From: a virus
Lineage: Duplodnaviria; Caudoviricetes
DNA: 38,644 bases
IMG/VR virus record: IMGVR_UViG_3300025103_000060
Location: 1 to 38,644 of that record
Strand: one strand, 5' to 3'
Notes under the pieces: generated by a model
The model's database searches: none
What the model saw: the letters and a program-made list of their open reading frames with translations, nothing else
Told to the model about the DNA's origin: nothing
Program-made: the position numbers and the translations under genes
In this document: positions 27,329 through 35,070 of the stretch, in pieces
How positions within the stretch are numbered: position 1 is the stretch's first letter
Layout: each line of letters starts with the position of its first letter

Positions 27329-27491
27329 CTAAATAAGTAATTAATTGTTGTGGTGTGTATATAGTTAAATTGTTATTATAACTTTTGTATATCATTGTAA
27401 ACTCTGGTTCTGCTTCGTTAAATGTCCATAAAACTCTAACCCCATTTTCAATCTGTTGTCTCAATAATCTTTTTATATTATTAAATTTCAT
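27306..27491 (-). CDS. Hypothetical protein
   Basis: 61 aa in the operon. A lone -7 box (TATATTTG) lies at 27496-27503. Confidence 0.65.
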   Translation of the reverse strand: MKFNNIKRLLRQQIENGVRVLWTFNEAEPEFTMIYKSYNNNLTIYTPQQLITYLDEKERAQ

Positions 27492-27507
27492 AATGCAAAT
27501 ATATACA

Positions 27508-28326
27508 TTAATAATTCATAATAAGTAATTCTGTGCCTTTATTTTGTTTCTTTCCCTTAGTTGCTCCAGCAGCCTTATTAAATTCTTTACTTTCCCATCT
27601 GTATTTATCTTTAGGCAACCACTCACTTAACAAATCAAAATCGTAATAAGATAAAGCAAACTTACCTTTTATTCTTTTCAAGTGTGTTACTAATGTATTG
27701 TGGTCATCACTATCAAAATCATGATTAGAATAATAATCCTCTGTTTTCCAATATGGTGGGTCAACATAAAAGAATGTTGAGAGACTATCATATTTTAATA
27801 TTAAATCTGTATAATCTAAATTCTCAACCTGAGTTATACCCTCTAACTTTTCAATAACATCATCCTTCTTTAACCTCCTTCTTAATGCGTCGTATTTACT
27901 AGCATACTTCCCTTTTAAGTCAATGAATTTACTTTCTAGTATCTTACTACCACTGAACACTTGAGTTGCACAATAAGCATATTGTCCCGCTATCTCTTTG
28001 TCTCCTAATTCATAAGGATAATTATAATCTTTAACCATGTTTAATGAGTTCTGAGCTATGTTAAATGTATCTACCTGTTGTGATGGTACTAATTCCAGCA
28101 TATCTGAAAATTCTTCAGGACTTCTCATACATTCAAATAGATTAGCCATAAATCTATTCTTATCATTATAGACAACTTCTTTTAGGTTTGGTTTCTCATG
28201 TATATCTCCCTTAACATATACCCAAAACGCTCCACCAAAAACTTCTACATAAGTTTCTATATCGTTTGGTATGTATTCACATATCCATTTACTCATCCTT
28301 GATTTCCCTCCTATATAGCTAATCAT
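27508..28326 (-). CDS. D12/Dam-family N6-adenine DNA methyltransferase
   Basis: YIGGKS, YVEVFGGA, VYND, FFYVDPPY and C-terminal ELLIMNY motifs. Confidence 0.92.
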   Translation of the reverse strand: MISYIGGKSRMSKWICEYIPNDIETYVEVFGGAFWVYVKGDIHEKPNLKEVVYNDKNRFMANLFECMRSPEEFSDMLELVPSQQVDTFNIAQNSLNMVKDYNYPYELGDKEIAGQYAYCATQVFSGSKILESKFIDLKGKYASKYDALRRRLKKDDVIEKLEGITQVENLDYTDLILKYDSLSTFFYVDPPYWKTEDYYSNHDFDSDDHNTLVTHLKRIKGKFALSYYDFDLLSEWLPKDKYRWESKEFNKAAGATKGKKQNKGTELLIMNY

Positions 28327-28335
28327 TTTTATTTA

Positions 28336-28527
28336 TTATTTAGTTAATTTATCGTATTCATTTATTACCTCTCCCCATGTCTCATAACCTTCATAAACTC
28401 TAGATACTCTTATATAAAAAATAGTTAGATACCTTTTATATATAGCAGATTTATCATCTCCATTACTTAGTATAGTGTATCTGTTGATGTCTGGTATTAC
28501 CTTAAGAGTTATTTTTATTGGGGTCAT
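28336..28527 (-). CDS. Hypothetical protein
   Basis: 63 aa, coupled to the upstream gene by a TAATG overlap. Confidence 0.6.
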   Translation of the reverse strand: MTPIKITLKVIPDINRYTILSNGDDKSAIYKRYLTIFYIRVSRVYEGYETWGEVINEYDKLTK

Positions 28528-28727
28528 TATTTTAATTCTTCAAAATTTTTGTCATAATCTAAATTGTCTATTGTTTTTTCTAAATTTATATTGCCGTTTT
28601 TAATTTGATGTAATACTTCTAAAGTATTTATTCTAACATACTCGTCTATACTGTCCATTAAATCCATAGGACACAATGTGCAGTCTATTAAGTCGTTTAG
28701 TTCGTCTAAAAGTTTTTCTTCTGTCAT
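28527..28727 (-). CDS. Hypothetical protein
   Basis: 66 aa, acidic, coupled to both neighbours. Confidence 0.6.
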   Translation of the reverse strand: MTEEKLLDELNDLIDCTLCPMDLMDSIDEYVRINTLEVLHQIKNGNINLEKTIDNLDYDKNFEELK

Positions 28728-29101
28728 TTTATTAAATTTATTTTGTTTTCTATTTTATTAAGTCCTGTTCCCTTCCTACTTCTATACTTGAGCCGTTTAT
28801 CTTGTCGTTCTGGCTCTTTACTAGACTCATTCCATATTAATTGTCTATGTTCTTTTATCCATTTGTAATAATTCTGAACATTCAACACAAAACTATCTGT
28901 CCCTCTTACTCCCTGTCTAAAAGCTTGAACTATATCCTCAAAATATAAATTCTTAAAATCTTCCTTAACATCATAAGCTAAAGACTTAGCTAGTATAACA
29001 ATATGTTTCTCATCTTTTAACTGTCCTAGCTCAACCAATGTTTTGCTTATTAAATCAACACACATTAACTCTAACTCTTTTATATCTATGTCTTTTATCA
29101 T
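28724..29101 (-). CDS. Hypothetical protein, possible helicase loader-like replication partner
   Basis: 125 aa helical protein with EDI..AF..G, two genes downstream of the initiator. The function is inferred from position only. Confidence 0.45.
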   Translation of the reverse strand: MIKDIDIKELELMCVDLISKTLVELGQLKDEKHIVILAKSLAYDVKEDFKNLYFEDIVQAFRQGVRGTDSFVLNVQNYYKWIKEHRQLIWNESSKEPERQDKRLKYRSRKGTGLNKIENKINLIK

Positions 29102-29358
29102 CTTATTTGGTCTTTTCTTATTATTAATTTATCAGTAAATTTTTTATCATCATCCTCTAACACCAACATATTTTTATCTCCAACACTAATAATTATATTA
29201 TCTCCAACCACCAATCTAATCTCATATCTTTCAAAATACTTTCCATTCTCAGGATAAACTCTATATTTATCTCCATCTAAAGACAACACATAAGCGTCTA
29301 AAGATTTATCTGTAAGTTTATTTAATTCCATTTGAGTCATTCTACTTCTGTGTTTCAT
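29098..29358 (-). CDS. Hypothetical protein
   Basis: 86 aa, coupled to the initiator gene. Confidence 0.65.
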   Translation of the reverse strand: MKHRSRMTQMELNKLTDKSLDAYVLSLDGDKYRVYPENGKYFERYEIRLVVGDNIIISVGDKNMLVLEDDDKKFTDKLIIRKDQIR

Positions 29359-30008
29359 TAACTATTATTTACTATATCTCTAGCTTTCTGCCAAGAATCT
29401 ATTTGGTTTTCTACCTTACTTGATTTATTAGAGTTTGTTGAGTTATTCTCCCAAGTTCTTAAAGAAGCTTTCCAATCTTTCATAGAGTTCTTACCAACCT
29501 TCCATCCATTACTTTCGTAGAAATCTATGAATGTTTCAGGGTTTACATTATTACCTCTCTCCAAACAATATTCTTTAACCTCATCTATTGTAGGTTTTTT
29601 GAATTTCTTTATTAGTGGTTTAGATAGTTCTCCTGTGTCTAAGGCGCTTATCTCTGATAAGTCAACATCTCCTATACTATATAGGTCATACTTATCTATT
29701 AATTTTATAACTGACTTATGAGCGTTAACATTTTCGTTTAACTGTCCGTACTGAAAATCTATAAATTTAGGTATGAACCATTTATTACCATTATCAAATA
29801 TCTTAATGTTTTCGGAGTAATGTTTTATAGCTTCTTTTTTGTTTATCTTAGACCCTACTCTAATCTCAGCAACATCTAAATCAACATCCCACACTCCAGC
29901 GTGATTACAGTCATCTAATATATATAACCATAGTAACTTATATTTAGTAGGTAATCTTCTTATAAATCCTTTTTTCCATTTTTCTGTATCTGTAAATCTT
30001 TTAGGCAT
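29358..30008 (-). CDS. Phage replication initiator (replisome organiser)
   Basis: N-terminal KRFTDT.KW...KLLWLYILD.C.HAG.W...FIPKFI.FQYG domain and C-terminal FKKPT..EV.EYC...F.DFYES.GW.VG...MKDWKA..RTWE domain. Confidence 0.85.
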   Translation of the reverse strand: MPKRFTDTEKWKKGFIRRLPTKYKLLWLYILDDCNHAGVWDVDLDVAEIRVGSKINKKEAIKHYSENIKIFDNGNKWFIPKFIDFQYGQLNENVNAHKSVIKLIDKYDLYSIGDVDLSEISALDTGELSKPLIKKFKKPTIDEVKEYCLERGNNVNPETFIDFYESNGWKVGKNSMKDWKASLRTWENNSTNSNKSSKVENQIDSWQKARDIVNNS

Positions 30009-30019
30009 AATTATTTATT

Positions 30020-31078
30020 TTAGTAGTGAGTATTAATAACATTATTTACTTTGTCTAAGGTTGGATTTTCGTCAATATCATATATTGATTCATCATAATA
30101 AACCTCAGCTTTACATCCCTTGCAGTATCTATAATTTTCTAACTTTGATATAGATTCTACAACTTTGTCTCCACAATAGTAACACAGCTCCTCTCCATCT
30201 TCATACACTACTTCATTACCGTTCTCATCTTCCCACTTATCAAACTCATAGTAATTTCCTCCATAACCTCCTCCCCAATAATTTTTACCTCCATTAGAAA
30301 AATCGTATGTTGTTTTGTTGAACTCAGTATTAATATATTTCTCACATCCTAAATGAACTATAAGATTATATATTAAGTTAAGACAATTTTCTGCATCATA
30401 GAAATCTACAGTTTCATTATCTGTATGAGGATTGTAATATCCACTACTCATATTAGCTACACAAACATCTAAACCGTTATCAACTAATTGTTCTACATCT
30501 GTCATAACTCCCTTTGTTTCTTTGTATTCGTGGTACTGTAAAACAGGAGCAATCTTTTCTGAAAAATCTTTGCCAAACAAATCCTTACCACCTATGTTGT
30601 TTACAAAATCATTATGACCTCTCCTGTCTGATTGAAATACATATCCAACATCTTTGAACCATTCCATATCAGCCTGACTACTACCTACACATCCAACTTC
30701 TTCTGAATGAAAGAACGCGCATTTAACTATCTCTAAGTCTAATAACATCTCTAAGCATATCCAAACACCTACATTATCATCTCCACCAACTCCTACTTGT
30801 TTTTGTTTGTCGTTACTAAATGCAAACAATATACCATCATTATCAAATACCCTAAAGTCTTTATGTATATCGTGTACTGTGTCTGTGTGAGAAACCACAC
30901 AAGGATAGTTTTCTGAAATTCCCTTAGTAACATAAACATTATTGTTTTTTATTACTACTGATGCTTCAGGAACATTTTTTGTTACAAAATCTTTTATGTA
31001 CTCTATCATCATTTCCTCTCTACCTGATGATGATTGAACTGATAATACATCAATCAGCCTTTGTTTAGTTTCATTCAT
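30020..31078 (-). CDS. M20/M28-clan zinc metallopeptidase-like protein with a C-terminal Zn ribbon
   Basis: SHTDTVH, GGDD..G, SEEVGC.GS, DRRG, TDV and N.SSGYYNPHT motifs. The tail contains CYYC...CKGC. Confidence 0.85.
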   Translation of the reverse strand: MNETKQRLIDVLSVQSSSGREEMMIEYIKDFVTKNVPEASVVIKNNNVYVTKGISENYPCVVSHTDTVHDIHKDFRVFDNDGILFAFSNDKQKQVGVGGDDNVGVWICLEMLLDLEIVKCAFFHSEEVGCVGSSQADMEWFKDVGYVFQSDRRGHNDFVNNIGGKDLFGKDFSEKIAPVLQYHEYKETKGVMTDVEQLVDNGLDVCVANMSSGYYNPHTDNETVDFYDAENCLNLIYNLIVHLGCEKYINTEFNKTTYDFSNGGKNYWGGGYGGNYYEFDKWEDENGNEVVYEDGEELCYYCGDKVVESISKLENYRYCKGCKAEVYYDESIYDIDENPTLDKVNNVINTHY

Positions 31079-31095
31079 ATATTTTTATAGTTTTT

Positions 31096-31125
31096 AAGGG
31101 TTAACGAAGGGTTCTCTAACCCTTC
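31096..31125. repeat. Iteron-like array 3 in the peptidase/initiator leader
   Basis: AAGGGTT at 31096 and 31107 (11-bp period) and inverted AACCCTT at 31118. Confidence 0.75.
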
Positions 31126-31135
31126 AAATCTTATA

Positions 31136-31167
31136 CAAAGATACGAAATAAATCCGAGACTGCCAAA
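31136..31167 (-). promoter_or_regulatory. Bacteroidota-type promoter for the peptidase-replication operon
   Basis: TTTG-N20-TATCTTTG, closely similar to the promoter at 33693. Confidence 0.85.
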
Positions 31168-31184
31168 TAATTTGGTAGTTATTT

Positions 31185-31541
31185 CTAAATATCTATTAAT
31201 AATTGTAACAATGGTAGTAATATCCCCTTAGAAGTGTTGTTATCTCCACCTTTAAGGTCTAAGTTTGTGTTAAGAAACTTTCTACATTTTTCTTTAAGCT
31301 TCTCTGTTTTTATAAGGATAAAAGAATCCTTAGAGACAACAAAACAATAGTAATCAGCTTCAGTCTTAGAAATTCCAGAGGGGTTCCCACGGCTTTCATA
31401 TTCAACAAACACACTGCCAGTCTCAGCAGCTTTAAGGTCTGTTTTAACTTCTATTGATTTATCATTAAGTATATCTCCAAGTTCCTTCTCTTTTATCTGT
31501 CCTAATTTTAAATCGTATCTAAAATCATTAGAATACTCCAT
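31185..31541 (-). CDS. PD-(D/E)xK-like nuclease-fold protein
   Basis: IEVKTD...FVEYE...PSGI..T.ADY motifs. Likely start is ATG 31541 (MEYSNDFRYDL); the track start is 31631. Confidence 0.6.
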   Translation of the reverse strand: MEYSNDFRYDLKLGQIKEKELGDILNDKSIEVKTDLKAAETGSVFVEYESRGNPSGISKTEADYYCFVVSKDSFILIKTEKLKEKCRKFLNTNLDLKGGDNNTSKGILLPLLQLLIDI

Positions 31542-31542
31542 T

Positions 31543-31806
31543 TTAGAACGGCACGTCTCCACTATCAGAAGTTTTAAATTCTGATTTTGAATCTTCTTTT
31601 TTGTTAGGTTCGTACTTGTTTTCAAAAGCATAATGAGTAGCTCCTTTTTCTGATGGAGTTCTTCTTTCAGCTATTGTAATCTGAATCCAACCATTCTTTT
31701 CAATCTTTTGTAAATCTTCCATTTTAAGATTTGCGTTGATTAATGTTCCATACTGTGTAGTATGAGCTTTAATACTGCTAGCTATGTAATTTTTTTCTTC
31801 TGCCAT
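31543..31806 (-). CDS. Putative single-stranded DNA-binding protein
   Basis: 87 aa, beta-rich, with an SSB-like acidic C-terminus SDSGDVPF. Confidence 0.55.
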   Translation of the reverse strand: MAEEKNYIASSIKAHTTQYGTLINANLKMEDLQKIEKNGWIQITIAERRTPSEKGATHYAFENKYEPNKKEDSKSEFKTSDSGDVPF

Positions 31807-32203
31807 TTTGTAATTGTTTAATTGTTATTAATTCGTTTATTTTTTTGTTAATTATAATTGTTTTTTCTTGTAGTTCCTCAAGCTGCTGCTCTACAGAATT
31901 TTTTATTAAGTCTAATTGAAAACATATATCTTTATATGGTAGTATGGTTAATTTAGGATAAGGAACAGTGTAGTCATCAAATGTTCTACATGAGTGCAAA
32001 ACAGTTGCGTGGCTATGAAGTGTGATTTTACCTACCTTTTCAAAACTGTATTTAAAATAGTTTCTCATTACATAAAAAAACAATCTTCTTGCATCTAAAA
32101 TATCTCTCTTTCTTACCTTACTTCTAATTTGTTGCTCGTTTACACCCATTTCCTTATATATATAATCAAATACAAACTGTATTTTTTTTCTATCTCTTTC
32201 CAT
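31778..32203 (-). CDS. DnaA domain IV (C-terminal HTH)-like protein
   Basis: I.SK.RKR....AR..F.Y..R......E.VG....HATVLHS motif followed by a coiled coil. Confidence 0.8.
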   Translation of the reverse strand: MERDRKKIQFVFDYIYKEMGVNEQQIRSKVRKRDILDARRLFFYVMRNYFKYSFEKVGKITLHSHATVLHSCRTFDDYTVPYPKLTILPYKDICFQLDLIKNSVEQQLEELQEKTIIINKKINELITIKQLQNGRRKKLHS

Positions 32204-32205
32204 GT

Positions 32206-32517
32206 CTACCTATTTTGTGTTGGTAAAGCGACAACCATATCATAATCTTCTTCTCCTTCAACCACTATATTGTGTTTGTTTGGTATATCTAATTCTATAA
32301 TATCTATTATATCTTTAACATCTATATTTAAGAATGTAGCTAATCTAGCCATATGAAAGTATCTTAGGTAAAAGGGATTGTCAATATATTTATCTATAGT
32401 GCTACCTTTTACATTTATTATTACTCCAAATCTTCTTTTTGATATACCTCTAATTCTAAGTATAGCTTCTAGCTCGTTTTTAGAACTCCTTATCTTATCA
32501 TAGTTATTTTTTTTCAT
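32206..32517 (-). CDS. Cro/C1-type HTH regulator
   Basis: L...L..RGIS...FG..I.V..STI.KY..NP......LA..L.ID pattern. Confidence 0.7.
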   Translation of the reverse strand: MKKNNYDKIRSSKNELEAILRIRGISKRRFGVIINVKGSTIDKYIDNPFYLRYFHMARLATFLNIDVKDIIDIIELDIPNKHNIVVEGEEDYDMVVALPTQNR

Positions 32518-32529
32518 CTTTAGTTTTTT

Positions 32530-32769
32530 TTAGTTAAACATTTTTTTCCATTGTTTCCTTACATCAGTTTCAACTACATCTTCTTTTAACATTCTTATAA
32601 CAGATAATGCTTCATCTTCACTGTATGTATTTAATTCTGAAAGTATTTCAGATTTTTCTGGTTCTGATATGGGACTAATTTTTAACAGAGACTCTATTAC
32701 ACCCATCTGTATAGATGAACATAATAAAGGTTCTCCATTAGTTAGTTCGTCAAACCACTCCTCATTCAT
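32530..32769 (-). CDS. Hypothetical protein
   Basis: 79 aa, coupled to the upstream gene by a TAATG overlap. Confidence 0.7.
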   Translation of the reverse strand: MNEEWFDELTNGEPLLCSSIQMGVIESLLKISPISEPEKSEILSELNTYSEDEALSVIRMLKEDVVETDVRKQWKKMFN

Positions 32770-33365
32770 TAGTCAACAATCTCATCTTGACCGAACACTC
32801 CTTGCTCATAGAATCCAGCAATCTTTAATACAACTCTACTCATAGCTCTTTTCTCTGCCATAGCTACAGGGAATTTTTTACCTCCTCCCATTAAGTTGTT
32901 ATCTGCAGACTCTCCGAAAGACATCATATTTCTAGCTTCTCCATTTACAGTCATAGAAGCAACAGCTTTTAATACACAATATCCTTTCTCAATATCCATA
33001 CTTATAACTTCATAAGCTACAGTTATCTTTTGTTTAGACACAATCTTATCTATACCTGTTCTTGTAATAATTACAAATCCTCTTTTGTCTTTGTAAATAT
33101 CTTCTTCAGTTAAACCATTTTCAATATAAAGCCTTCTTAAAGCTTCTTTCTTGGTTTCAACTTTTACCTCAGTGTTGTTTTCAACTTTTTTCATTTTAGT
33201 TTTAGTTAAGTTATTACTCATTTTATAATTAGTTTGGTTAATATTCTCTTGTTCTTCTTGCTTTTGTTGGTGAATAGCGATATGCTCTCTTAATAAATGT
33301 TCTCCTGTTTCATTAGTCATCATATCCTCTTGCATTTGCATAAATTCTTCTTTCATTCTACCCAT
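32769..33365 (-). CDS. Putative single-strand annealing recombinase (Rad52/Sak-like)
   Basis: IITRTGIDKI, SFGES...N and FPVAMAEKRA.SR.VLK motifs, near an SSB-like gene. Alternative starts at 33221 and 33194. Confidence 0.5.
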   Translation of the reverse strand: MGRMKEEFMQMQEDMMTNETGEHLLREHIAIHQQKQEEQENINQTNYKMSNNLTKTKMKKVENNTEVKVETKKEALRRLYIENGLTEEDIYKDKRGFVIITRTGIDKIVSKQKITVAYEVISMDIEKGYCVLKAVASMTVNGEARNMMSFGESADNNLMGGGKKFPVAMAEKRAMSRVVLKIAGFYEQGVFGQDEIVD

Positions 33366-33645
33366 ATCTGTATGTTTTTTTGTTAAAATTATGTTCTCTA
33401 CAATATAAGTCTAGTGCTGTTTCTGAATGGTCTCTACAGGCATAACATATATTTATATCTGTATTTATAGTTGCATCACAACAATAACTTACTGTGTCCA
33501 TTTCATCAAATTCATTAATACACTCGTAACACACATCTGTATCATCATATTTAGGGTTACATCCACAGTTCTTACATTGTGGGGAATCATTTTGGTACTC
33601 TCTTGGGTCATCATACTGACCTCCTGTAATAATAGTTTTAATCAT
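33358..33645 (-). CDS. Cys-rich Zn-ribbon protein
   Basis: CKNC, CYEC, CC and CYAC..H motifs. First gene after the promoter at 33693. Confidence 0.7.
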   Translation of the reverse strand: MIKTIITGGQYDDPREYQNDSPQCKNCGCNPKYDDTDVCYECINEFDEMDTVSYCCDATINTDINICYACRDHSETALDLYCREHNFNKKTYRYG

Positions 33646-33692
33646 AGTTAGTTTTTTAGGTTTATATTCTATTTATTCTTTCAAATCTTGTA

Positions 33693-33724
33693 CAAAGATA
33701 CGAATAATAAATGGAACTGCCAAA
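33693..33724 (-). promoter_or_regulatory. Bacteroidota-type promoter for the recombination/regulation operon
   Basis: TTTG-N20-TATCTTTG. Confidence 0.85.
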
Positions 33725-33757
33725 TTATTTAGAAAGTTTTTTTAAATTTCTTTGTTA

Positions 33758-33832
33758 TTTATCCTTATCTTTATCTTTATATTTATCCTTATCTTTATAT
33801 ATAAGGGTTCACTAAAGGGTTAGTCAAGGGTT
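33758..33832. repeat. Iteron-like array 2 with a hexamer tract
   Basis: TTATCY hexamer tract, then TTATATATAAGGGTT, with AAGGGTT at 33803, 33815 and 33826. Confidence 0.85.
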
Positions 33833-33841
33833 GTTTAACTG

Positions 33842-34933
33842 TTAAAAATAATGTGTAATTCTTGCAACCTGTCCGTTAAATTTCTCATGTAAAAAACCTT
33901 CAACAGCTTTAGGTACCCCGCAAAATCCTTTTCTACTATGCCAACTATCTGTTCCTGAGGGACTTCTTAAGTATTCTATAGTAACTCCTATATAATCTTT
34001 AGCATCTAAATACTTATGTTTAACTTTATGATGTAAGTGATGTAAATACCAATACCTAAATTTAGTTTCAGACCATTCTTTTGGTTTTTCATTAGCCATT
34101 AATAATGGTAATTTATCCATTTTAGCTCCATCTCCATGCTCTAATCCAATTAAACTATTACCATACTTATAATATTTTCTATGAGAAACTTCAGCATCAA
34201 CAGTAACATCATCACATTTTCTAAACCAAGATTTTAATGCATGAGCTAAATGAAAACCACTTTGATAATCATGATTGCTCATTGAATGCACACAATCTAC
34301 AGGAGCCACCTCCCTTAAAATCTCCACACATTGCACATATAAAGCTAAAGCAATTTCAAAATGCTCCCACCATTTACCATCTGTATCTTGTGGGGTTCCT
34401 TTAGTTGTAGTTCCATAAACATTGTCTATATGTAGAATATCATTACCAATACAAAAAAGTATTCTATCTACATTAAAGTTTTCTACCTTCCATAATATAC
34501 CATTTATACCCTCTATAACTCTTTCAACAGCAGTGTCTATATCATAACCGTCAACAGTTTCAACGCTATTTGCATATTTACCTATATGAATATCAGCTGG
34601 ATTTATTACTAACAAATGTTCGTTAGCATCTTTTTTATTTCTTTTTAATTTTTTGTAGTTTGGAGAGTAGTTTTCTATTAAATCTTTGATTTTAGGTAAT
34701 ATACTTTCTTTATCAACTACATCTTCTTTAGTAACTATAGAGAACCTTAATTCTCCTGATGATGATTGCCAGTGTTTAACACTAACAACATCCTTTTTAT
34801 TTATACCTCTATCCTTTAAATGAATTTCTAATGCTGTATTGCCATTGATATTGTCAACAGTTTCAGCTCTATTTTGATAGACTAATTCTTCTTCTTCTTT
34901 ACTAAGTCTTAATCTTCTACCATACTCTTTCAT
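33842..34933 (-). CDS. Calcineurin-like metallophosphoesterase
   Basis: DIHIGK, GND..H.D, SNHD, HGD and HH.HH motifs. Confidence 0.85.
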   Translation of the reverse strand: MKEYGRRLRLSKEEEELVYQNRAETVDNINGNTALEIHLKDRGINKKDVVSVKHWQSSSGELRFSIVTKEDVVDKESILPKIKDLIENYSPNYKKLKRNKKDANEHLLVINPADIHIGKYANSVETVDGYDIDTAVERVIEGINGILWKVENFNVDRILFCIGNDILHIDNVYGTTTKGTPQDTDGKWWEHFEIALALYVQCVEILREVAPVDCVHSMSNHDYQSGFHLAHALKSWFRKCDDVTVDAEVSHRKYYKYGNSLIGLEHGDGAKMDKLPLLMANEKPKEWSETKFRYWYLHHLHHKVKHKYLDAKDYIGVTIEYLRSPSGTDSWHSRKGFCGVPKAVEGFLHEKFNGQVARITHYF

Positions 34934-34944
34934 ATTTTTTTTTT

Positions 34945-34978
34945 CAAATATACAAAAAAATATTTATAAAAACGCAAA
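34945..34978 (-). promoter_or_regulatory. Putative promoter for the phosphoesterase gene
   Basis: TTTG-N22-TATATTTG. Confidence 0.55.
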
Positions 34979-34998
34979 AGGGGGAACTACCCCCCTTT
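34968..34998 (-). terminator. Rho-independent terminator after the lysis module/sRNA
   Basis: Stem AAAGGGGG (34977-34984) / CCCCCTTT (34991-34998), with a T-rich tail on the minus strand. Confidence 0.75.
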
Positions 34999-35057
34999 CA
35001 CAACCCAAAAAAACTACTTGAAAACACACGAATATTCCCGAAAGGGAATAGTAGTTA
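34970..35057 (-). ncRNA. Candidate small regulatory RNA
   Basis: A -7 box TATCTTTG at 35062-35069, a 5' hairpin at 35033-35050, a U-rich unpaired middle complementary to early leaders, and a terminator hairpin. Confidence 0.4.
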
Positions 35058-35070
35058 CCTGCAAAGATAA

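Noticed and set aside
7061-33651. Plus-strand ORFs in the track (7061, 7640, 9213, 13935, 14976, 17119, 19292, 19714, 20164, 20868, 24081, 24318, 24702, 29527, 33427; also 35717)
   Set aside because: All are antisense shadows of convincing minus-strand genes, with S/L/F/I-biased composition and no recognisable motifs.
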